Positions 1-6,775 of a DNA stretch of 41,647 nucleotides are shown piece after piece. The notes below the pieces were generated by a model. That model ran no database searches, was not told where the DNA came from, and was given only the letters and a program-made list of their open reading frames with translations. The stretch is taken from positions 1 through 41,647 of the IMG/VR virus record IMGVR_UViG_3300011240_000001; one strand, written 5' to 3'. A program made the translations under genes and the position numbers. Within the stretch, counting starts at the first letter, position 1, and each line of letters starts with the position of its first letter. This DNA comes from a virus.

Positions 1-78
1 AGACAGCGCGTGAACAATGGTACTGGCGTGATTCTTGAGATTAATAGCAATGCTGATCTGTATTACCACATGCTGTCA
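1..78. repeat. Terminal overlap, identical to 41570-41647
   Basis: Direct comparison of the first 78 bases with the last 78 bases shows identity. Confidence 0.95.
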
Positions 79-138
79 TCATATATCGCAAAGTTTGATC
101 AGTATGGCGTGGTGAAGAGTTTGGGAGAGGTGTCGTGA
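1..138 (+). CDS. C-terminal part of the hypothetical protein that starts at 41393 (wraps the circle)
   Basis: Frame 1 is open from base 1 to TGA at 136-138 and is continuous with the ORF that runs off the right end. GTGA overlap with the next gene at 135. Confidence 0.75.
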   Translation, partial: RQRVNNGTGVILEINSNADLYYHMLSSYIAKFDQYGVVKSLGEVS

Positions 139-446
139 GTCTAATTGAACAGTTGGGTGGGTATGAAGCAGCAAAAGCTCAAGGAGAGGAATGGGGCTTT
201 GATGACTTCCTGAATAATCAGCTTCTTGAATACCGCCGCCAGCACAATATTTTTGAAAGAAATGACTATGTAGTAAATAGAGACATTAAGTATTCGGATG
301 AATTAAACATTGTATCTAGCTCAAATGATAAGGCTTTATGGTTCTTTGGAAAGATTTATGGTGGTTTTGTTAAATCTCAATTCAGACACGCCACTGATGC
401 AGAAATCAAAGCAGGTAAAAGATTGGAGGTGAATGATGCAAGTTGA
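135..446 (+). CDS. Hypothetical protein
   Basis: 103-codon ORF with a GTG start. It is preceded by GGGAGAGG and overlaps the upstream stop. Confidence 0.65.
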   Translation: MSLIEQLGGYEAAKAQGEEWGFDDFLNNQLLEYRRQHNIFERNDYVVNRDIKYSDELNIVSSSNDKALWFFGKIYGGFVKSQFRHATDAEIKAGKRLEVNDAS

Positions 447-708
447 AGTGCAATCAACTGACTTACTCCAGGCGATCTTTGATGAGATGCAGGAGCTCAA
501 ACGAGCAATGGCCCATCAAGATGAACGCCGGGTAAGCATCAAGGAATTTGCCAAGCGCATGAACATGAGTGAGCCAACTTTGTATGACCGGATTAAAAAG
601 GGAGAAATTGAACAACCTCACAAAGATGGTCCACGAAGTTACTACCTTAATAGTTATGTGAATGAAGTTGTCACAAGGCATTGTAAAAGTGCTAAAGTAG
701 CCGCTTGA
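433..708 (+). CDS. xis: Excisionase-like / AlpA-type helix-turn-helix DNA-binding protein
   Basis: The segment VSIKEFAKRMNMSEPTLYDRIKKGEI looks like an HTH. It is a small protein placed last before attP and int, with SD GGAGGTG before the ATG. Confidence 0.6.
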   Translation: MMQVEVQSTDLLQAIFDEMQELKRAMAHQDERRVSIKEFAKRMNMSEPTLYDRIKKGEIEQPHKDGPRSYYLNSYVNEVVTRHCKSAKVAA

Positions 709-722
709 TTGAGCGGCTTTTT
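699..722 (+). terminator. Rho-independent terminator ending the early-left operon
   Basis: AGCCGCT-TGATTG-AGCGGCT hairpin followed by TTTT. It overlaps the xis-like stop codon. Confidence 0.75.
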
Positions 723-753
723 AATGCCCTTAAAATCAATCACTTTATGCAAA

Positions 754-774
754 GTGAGTAACATTGTGAGTAAC
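754..774. promoter_or_regulatory. attP arm: two direct GTGAGTAAC 9-mers (putative integrase arm-type sites)
   Basis: GTGAGTAAC at 754-762 and 766-774. Confidence 0.55.
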
Positions 775-962
775 GTAATTTTGCAATGTTAAGTAATATA
801 CGAAAATTCAAGAGGTTAGGCTCAATATGCTTCTCATGATCGAAAATAATCACAATAATTAAATACTATAAAATGCTATTAAATCTTTTTCCTCACCTCT
901 TTTAAATTAAGCCATCCAGCTTAAATACCCTAAAATAGAATTAAATTGTATTAATCGCTTTT

Positions 963-1009
963 GTGAGTAATATAGTGAGTAACGATTTAATATTTTCCAT
1001 GTTACTCAC
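963..1009. promoter_or_regulatory. attP arm: GTGAGTAAT, GTGAGTAAC and inverted GTTACTCAC abutting the int start codon
   Basis: 9-mers at 963-971 and 975-983, with the inverted copy at 1001-1009 immediately before ATG 1010. Confidence 0.55.
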
Positions 1010-2224
1010 ATGCTCAACGATACAAAGATAAAAAAACTAAAACCAATGGAAAAAGCATACCGTATTGCTGATCAAGGCGGGCTATGTATTGAGGTTCGTT
1101 CAACAGGTACAAAGTTGTGGCGCGTTCGATATCGTTTTGCTGGGAAAGCATCAATGATCAGTCTGGGTGAATACCCTATTGTTGGTCTTGCTGAAGCGCG
1201 TCAAAAGCAGGAAGAAATAAAAGCACTACTTGCCAACAATATTGATCCTGCCGCACATCGCCAGCAAGAAAAAGCTGCACTGCTTTGTGATGAAAATAGT
1301 TTTGAAGCTATCGCAAAAGAGTATGTGGCTAACCGCCTGCAAGATAAATCCCAGACATATATAGATGCTTTTCATCGAGCAATGGAAAAGGATATCTATA
1401 AAGTCATTGGTCGTAAAAATATTAAAGATGTGACCTCTGCTGATGTTTTAAAGATCATGCAAAACACCGTGAAGCGCGTTAAGGGTCAAGATAATCGTGG
1501 TTCTGGTGAAGTCACTGCGATTGAAAACAGAAAGAAGATTGGTTCTGTGATGCGTTATGCAATCGCCACATTGAGAGCTGAGAACGACCCAACTTATGCG
1601 GTGCGTGAAGTAATAGCACGTCCAGAGGTAGAGCATGCACGACCTTTAAGTCTAACTGAACGTAAAATATTTAGAGCGCGGATCGATAGCTATGGTGGTG
1701 CCGAGTCAACGATCAATTCTATTTTATTTTTATTCTATACAATGCTTCGCACAATTGAGGTACGCCGACTCCAATGGTCATTTATTGATTTTAAAGAAAG
1801 AACTATTACTTTTGAAAAGCAGACACGCGAACAGCTCAAAAAGGGTATGCGTCTAACCAAGAAAAATAGAACGCATGTAGTTCCAATGTCTGAGCAGGTT
1901 TATCAACTTCTACTCAAGCAAAAGAAGCTTACTGGCCGAAAAAAATATGTTTTTGAGGGTGTCTATAATGGCGGGATGATGCCAGCAACAACAATAAATA
2001 GAGCCTTGCAGTACATTATGCAGAATGTCACAGCACATGATTTCCGGGCTACTGCATCAACCTTGCTAAATGAATTGGGGTATGAAGAAAAATGGATTGA
2101 AACACAGTTAGCACATGCGGATGAGAATAAAACCCGTGCGTCGTATAACCACGCCAAGTATCTAGCGGACCGTAAAAAAATGATGCAGGATTGGGCTGAT
2201 ATTGTGGATAGCTGGAAGGAATAA
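1010..2224 (+). CDS. int: Tyrosine integrase, P4-like (N-terminal arm-binding DUF4102-type domain)
   Basis: The N-terminus KIKKLKP..YRIADQGGLCIEVRSTGTKLWRVRYRFAGK is typical of P4-type integrases. The C-terminal catalytic pattern is present: LRTIEVRRL, HDFRATAST, LAHAD, SYNH. Confidence 0.92.
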   Translation: MLNDTKIKKLKPMEKAYRIADQGGLCIEVRSTGTKLWRVRYRFAGKASMISLGEYPIVGLAEARQKQEEIKALLANNIDPAAHRQQEKAALLCDENSFEAIAKEYVANRLQDKSQTYIDAFHRAMEKDIYKVIGRKNIKDVTSADVLKIMQNTVKRVKGQDNRGSGEVTAIENRKKIGSVMRYAIATLRAENDPTYAVREVIARPEVEHARPLSLTERKIFRARIDSYGGAESTINSILFLFYTMLRTIEVRRLQWSFIDFKERTITFEKQTREQLKKGMRLTKKNRTHVVPMSEQVYQLLLKQKKLTGRKKYVFEGVYNGGMMPATTINRALQYIMQNVTAHDFRATASTLLNELGYEEKWIETQLAHADENKTRASYNHAKYLADRKKMMQDWADIVDSWKE

Positions 2225-2859
2225 TGAATATTTCAAAATTAGCATCTACGGTAATTTTAGCCACCGCATTTTCAACAATATTTCTTTTTGCGATTATTTT
2301 TTATTTGTTGTATGACGGTAGCGTTGATAATTTAAAGGATGCTTTATCAGTAACCGCTAGTTTCTTTGGGGGAATTACTACGTTGGTGGCTGCATATATT
2401 GCTGCCCAACTGTTTAATGATTGGAGAGATGAAAAAAATCACGAACTTACGTCTAGTTTAGCCATGGAGTGCGTAAGAGATTATTTAAAAGCTAAAGATA
2501 TGTTTTTCTTTTATATTTTCCAATACGAGTACGGTATAGAGAGTATAGCATTCAAGGACCTTGATAATCATTTCACAAGTACGCATAGCAAGCTAACTAT
2601 CCTTAATAAAATTCTAAATAAAACTAAATCCGGGGTACTTGAGAAGAACGTGATTGATCTGCTCTTTACTAATAATTATCAAAATCTTTATAGGGAAATA
2701 AATAGTGAATCTAAACTAAGAGCCGCTGATGTTCAGCGCCTTCAGGCCATAAATAAGGAGTTCTTGGATAAATTAAAGGTCGATGAAAAGGAGGTTTTAG
2801 CCGAGAGGCTTATTGAGTTATTAATATCTTTAAAATCCCCACATTCACATTCGTTGTAA
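2224..2859 (+). CDS. Membrane protein of unknown function (two N-terminal TM helices plus a helical domain), translationally coupled to int
   Basis: TAATG overlap with the int stop. Hydrophobic segments are VILATAFSTIFLFAIIFYLL and FFGGITTLVAAYIAAQLF. The gene is visibly AT-rich. Confidence 0.7.
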   Translation: MNISKLASTVILATAFSTIFLFAIIFYLLYDGSVDNLKDALSVTASFFGGITTLVAAYIAAQLFNDWRDEKNHELTSSLAMECVRDYLKAKDMFFFYIFQYEYGIESIAFKDLDNHFTSTHSKLTILNKILNKTKSGVLEKNVIDLLFTNNYQNLYREINSESKLRAADVQRLQAINKEFLDKLKVDEKEVLAERLIELLISLKSPHSHSL

Positions 2860-2903
2860 TTGAATGAGCCGTGCAACCCGATAGAAGGATGCACAGCATT
2901 AAA

Positions 2904-3671
2904 CTAATTATCTTGAGCTGCATATTTAAGGTTATCCGCAACACGATTGACCCACCCTTTGCCCCATGTCGGCCATGTTTTTAATGACGTATAGAACCTT
3001 AACCGCTCAGCAGTCAAAGTTAGAATCACATCATTCAGATCATGTGCATTCACAGCTTCCATGGTTTTAGGCCCAATGATGCCATCTGCAGTTACGCCAA
3101 CTGCTTGTTGTAATTCCTGAATCGCACGTTTCTTGCCGGCATTAATTGCAAAATCCCAGAGCTGGAATGTGATAGCTGAATGCAGACCATTACCGCCCAA
3201 TTTATCCCACCAGTCTTTTTTGTAGATCTCTTTGGCTTGGGCAAGTGATAGGTTTTTAATGTCCAGATTTGGGTAGGTATTTGCAGCAATACCGTATTTA
3301 GTACCCTTTAATACACCTACCCCTACCTTACCACCAGTCCAGTTACCCGGGTCGCGTTTATCATTGGTATACCCGCCCTCATGACCGATCAAGCGCCGGA
3401 ATGCTTCATCAAAGGTAATTGAATTAGCAGGCAGCTTTGCAAAGCCTAAAATTGTTGGCTCGGGATGTAGCTCTGGCTGATATTTCTTTTTACCAAAGTA
3501 AGCCAGCGCAGGCAGTACGATGGTTAAAATCAATGAATGGTATTCAGCCGGAATGAGCTGTGTATTGATTCCTTCCTGCAGTAAAACAGGAATAACGCCC
3601 AATAAAAAAGCCCCAATTAGAGGCCATTTGACGCTGGTATATTTCAGCGCATTTTCTTGTAAAAAATTCAT
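2904..3671 (-). CDS. Endolysin: GH108-type muramidase plus peptidoglycan-binding domain, with an N-terminal double-TM extension
   Basis: The GHEGGYTNDKRDPGNWTGG motif is the GH108 hallmark. The C-terminal segment ADGIIGPKT..RLRFY is like PG_binding_3. The first ~65 aa hold two hydrophobic helices. ATGA overlap with the upstream gene. Confidence 0.85.
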   Translation of the reverse strand: MNFLQENALKYTSVKWPLIGAFLLGVIPVLLQEGINTQLIPAEYHSLILTIVLPALAYFGKKKYQPELHPEPTILGFAKLPANSITFDEAFRRLIGHEGGYTNDKRDPGNWTGGKVGVGVLKGTKYGIAANTYPNLDIKNLSLAQAKEIYKKDWWDKLGGNGLHSAITFQLWDFAINAGKKRAIQELQQAVGVTADGIIGPKTMEAVNAHDLNDVILTLTAERLRFYTSLKTWPTWGKGWVNRVADNLKYAAQDN

Positions 3672-4261
3672 TTCGTTTCACTCATATAGTTGCGTTCATA
3701 AAGTTTGTTGCGGATTTCATCTAGGAGGCGAATTGTCTGATCAGACTGCTTTTCAAGGACCTGGATTTTCTGGGTATTTTCATCAGTCTTTCGCTGGCTT
3801 TCTTCAACATCGTTTGACAGTGCTACCCATGAGCCAACAATCGCAGAAATCAGCCCAATACCACCCCATTTAAAATATTCACCTAAGGCAGTCACGCGAG
3901 TTTTACTTTCATTTAAAATGCGCAACTCGACTTCAGTTTCTCTTTTGGTGGTCCGAATATCCTCGGTGATGTTATTAATTTTGAGATCTGATTCTTGCCG
4001 AACCTGCTTAATCTCGCTTTTAAAGTTTGACTTAGCCCGATCCAGATCATCTTGCAAATTATCCCGGGTTTGACTTAAGTCATTCCGGGTTTGCTGATGC
4101 TCCTTATTTACTTGCTCCAGCTGCATATTCATACGGTCAAGCTTTTGAGGTAGTTCAGCCAACTTATCCATACTTTTTCCAAGATCGTTAATCTTGTCTG
4201 ATATAGCAAGAAGCTGACCTGCTGTTGCTACTGGTGGGTCAGATGAGTAGTCATTTGACAT
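3668..4261 (-). CDS. Coiled-coil protein with a single TM helix; holin-like by position only
   Basis: Long heptad-like Q/E/K/D-rich sequence with one hydrophobic helix (WGGIGLISAIVGSWVAL). It sits immediately upstream of the endolysin and is coupled to it. Confidence 0.5.
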   Translation of the reverse strand: MSNDYSSDPPVATAGQLLAISDKINDLGKSMDKLAELPQKLDRMNMQLEQVNKEHQQTRNDLSQTRDNLQDDLDRAKSNFKSEIKQVRQESDLKINNITEDIRTTKRETEVELRILNESKTRVTALGEYFKWGGIGLISAIVGSWVALSNDVEESQRKTDENTQKIQVLEKQSDQTIRLLDEIRNKLYERNYMSETK

Positions 4262-4284
4262 TGCGCCCCCTAAATTTTGGTAAT

Positions 4285-4316
4285 AAAAAACCCCAATCTA
4301 ATTAAAGATCAGGGTT
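4285..4316 (-). terminator. Strand-specific rho-independent terminator immediately upstream of the lysis genes
   Basis: Minus-strand RNA AACCCUGAUCU-UUAAUU-AGAUUGGGGUU followed by UUUUUU. It forms 11 bp only if two G-U pairs are allowed; the plus-strand version has two mismatches. Confidence 0.7.
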
Positions 4317-4469
4317 GGTGATGGTTTGTTGGGTGTTAGGTGGTATAAGCTTTAATAATGGTATGGCGTGCCGAGCCATGTTAAGGCTTCAGTAATAGCT
4401 GCTAAATTTTTCGGCATTAGTCAATCATTTCCTTTATCATTCGCACATTACATTTATCTATCTCGAACT

Positions 4470-5591
4470 ATGTCAAAAATTAATTCTGCTGAAAGCATTA
4501 GGGGGCTAGCTTGTATAGCTGTCGTTTTTTCCCATTTAGCATTAGTTTTCTATCCATCTCTTCATGACTACGATCAATCCGGATTACCAAAATATAATTT
4601 TTTTGATTATCTATATAATTCACCCCTAGCTTTTATATATTCGGGCAATGCAGCAGTTTATGTTTTTTTTGTTTTAAGTGGATTTGTTCTGAGTTATGCC
4701 ATACTAAATAAACAAAAAGATATAAATAAAAAAATTCTATCTATGTCTATAAAACGGTACCCTAGATTGGCGATACCAGCAATTTTTTCAGTTCTATTAT
4801 ATTGGTTTGCATTTCAACTAAATTTAAATATGACTAATGCAAGTGATTGGATTACACGCCTTGGATCGCAATCAGGCTCTATATTCGATGCTGTTTACGA
4901 TGGCTCTATAAGATCTTTCATTTTTGGTGAATCTAATTACAATTGGGTCCTTTGGACAATGCAGGTTGAGTTAATTGGGTCATTCGTAATCTTTATCTTG
5001 GCATATCTACAGTTAAAACAAAAAATCTTGGCCTTAGCCTTCTCTGCTTTATCAATCCTACTTTCAGCCACTATTGTTTCAATAAACTTTGCTTTTGGTA
5101 TTATGTGTTTTGTTATAGGTATGGCATTTTACCTTTTTGGAAAAAGAATAAATTTCATTACCTCATTAATAATGCTTTTAGTAGGCCTATACCTAGCTGG
5201 CATTCATAACACAAGCTATTCTTATCAATGGATATACAATGTTCTTGGGGATAAGTCATACAAACTAGTCACCATTTTATCCGCTCCATTTATCGTTTAT
5301 AGTATTTTAATGAATGAAAAAATGTCTAATTTTCTTGATAAAAAGTCACTAGTTTTTTTAGGAAAACTATCATTTTCAATTTATTTACTACATTTTTTAG
5401 TTATCTATCTGGTAGCGATGCCTCTTTACAACGCATTACTTAATAATCTTGGTTTTTTAGCCAGCTCAATTATTGCTTGTATTTCAACACTAGTTGTTAC
5501 CATCTTAATTTCTATACCATACAGTAATTATATTGATGATTTGTCTATCAATGTAGGTAAAAAAATCGAAAATTTTCTAATGAAAAGATGA
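4470..5591 (+). CDS. Acyltransferase family 3 integral membrane protein (surface-polysaccharide O-acyl/acetyltransferase type)
   Basis: The N-terminus SIRGLACIAVVFSHL is typical of acyltransferase_3. The protein has about 10 hydrophobic helices. The gene is opposite in orientation to its neighbours and visibly AT-rich. I preferred the ATG at 4470 over the GTG at 4368. Confidence 0.8.
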   Translation: MSKINSAESIRGLACIAVVFSHLALVFYPSLHDYDQSGLPKYNFFDYLYNSPLAFIYSGNAAVYVFFVLSGFVLSYAILNKQKDINKKILSMSIKRYPRLAIPAIFSVLLYWFAFQLNLNMTNASDWITRLGSQSGSIFDAVYDGSIRSFIFGESNYNWVLWTMQVELIGSFVIFILAYLQLKQKILALAFSALSILLSATIVSINFAFGIMCFVIGMAFYLFGKRINFITSLIMLLVGLYLAGIHNTSYSYQWIYNVLGDKSYKLVTILSAPFIVYSILMNEKMSNFLDKKSLVFLGKLSFSIYLLHFLVIYLVAMPLYNALLNNLGFLASSIIACISTLVVTILISIPYSNYIDDLSINVGKKIENFLMKR

Positions 5592-5605
5592 GGAAAATGA
5601 AAGAA

Positions 5606-5629
5606 ATGAGCACTGTTAACAGTGCTCAT
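5606..5629. terminator. Bidirectional terminator between convergent genes
   Basis: Perfect 24-bp palindrome ATGAGCACTGTTAACAGTGCTCAT with T-rich runs on both sides. Confidence 0.8.
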
Positions 5630-5635
5630 TTAATT

Positions 5636-6775
5636 TTAAAGCCAAGAATTAGTAAGTTCAGTAATTTCTGATTGCGTTAAAACTCGATCATAAACTACTA
5701 ATTTAGTCACGATACCCCTCAAACCGTTTCGAGCAATTGGACTGTTATATCCATAACCAAATGTTATATCAGTTACAGTAAACGGATTTTCAATTGCCAA
5801 TGCACCCTCTGCAACACCGTTAAATGCACCACGAATCCCCCCATTATTGATCGCAATAGCGTTGTTGTATGGGTGGAAGCGATTGGTTGGCGAATATGAG
5901 CCAGAAATTACAGCTGTGTTGTTTGTCGGTGTACTGCCAACATATTGAATAGTGTAACCATGATATTGGTCTTGATTCGCCAAACCGCCCATTTTTAAAA
6001 GTTTCAAATTTGAACCAGCTTCTAAGCCTAATCGATTCACAACATGATTCGATTGATTCACAGTCCCGTTGAAATCTATTGTTTGAACTAAGACTGTAAA
6101 AGCACTTTTGTTTTGAATAATTGAGTTGAATAATGATTGCTTAACTTTGACCAGTTCCCGTGCTCGAATTGCCGAAGTTGAAGTAGTTTTCACTTTGCTA
6201 GTTGCAGTTTGAGCACCAGTTGCGAGTTCAATTTGAGCATGTGTAAGCGTTCCGCTGACAGCAATATTTAAGTTACATGCTGTAGTAGCACTTAAGCGTT
6301 CCAATGTTTTTGGAGTATCAGCTGTCACTGTAATTGGAGCACCAACAATATCGCCCGTAATCGTTAACGATCCTGTACCCTCACAAGATGCAACAATTTT
6401 TGTAGCAGCGGCTGTCATAACAATAGTTTGTGTGGCAGGGGCTGAACTATTCAAGAAAAAGTTTTCATTCACGTCTTCAGCAAGTAGTCCGAAACGACCA
6501 TTTTTTAATAAGGCTGTACGAATTTCTGTTGTTGATGTAACAAACTTTTCAGTACCATCTTTTGAAATAGAAATTGGAGCACCGTTTAGATTTTGACGTG
6601 TCGCTTCAACAACATCAGTAAGCTTGTAATCTTGTTTTAAAAGACCTGCTTGTTTTGTCGCATAAAGCTCGTTTTCAAAATCAAAGAACATAGCCCAATC
6701 TTGTGGCCCATTAATGCCATTGACGTTGCCCATGCTCACAGTTGCTTTTTTGTCAGATTTAATAATTACAGTCAT
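5636..6775 (-). CDS. Tail fibre-associated protein (possible LamG/ConA-like lectin C-terminus)
   Basis: ATGA overlap with the upstream fibre gene. The protein is Thr/Ser/Gly/Asn-rich and beta-like. The C-terminal segment VVYDRVLTQSEITELTNSW resembles the end of LamG-type domains. Confidence 0.55.
   Translation of the reverse strand: MTVIIKSDKKATVSMGNVNGINGPQDWAMFFDFENELYATKQAGLLKQDYKLTDVVEATRQNLNGAPISISKDGTEKFVTSTTEIRTALLKNGRFGLLAEDVNENFFLNSSAPATQTIVMTAAATKIVASCEGTGSLTITGDIVGAPITVTADTPKTLERLSATTACNLNIAVSGTLTHAQIELATGAQTATSKVKTTSTSAIRARELVKVKQSLFNSIIQNKSAFTVLVQTIDFNGTVNQSNHVVNRLGLEAGSNLKLLKMGGLANQDQYHGYTIQYVGSTPTNNTAVISGSYSPTNRFHPYNNAIAINNGGIRGAFNGVAEGALAIENPFTVTDITFGYGYNSPIARNGLRGIVTKLVVYDRVLTQSEITELTNSWL

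Noticed and set aside
2860-2903. Possible terminator between the convergent genes at 2859 and 2904 (GTGCA-N14-TGCAC).
   Set aside because: The stem is only 5 bp, the loop is large and there is no U-run. It is not convincing.
3520-3873. Plus-strand ORF of 117 aa across the junction of the two lysis genes.
   Set aside because: It is antisense to two coupled genes with clear motifs, and its own translation has no recognisable motifs. It is a shadow ORF.
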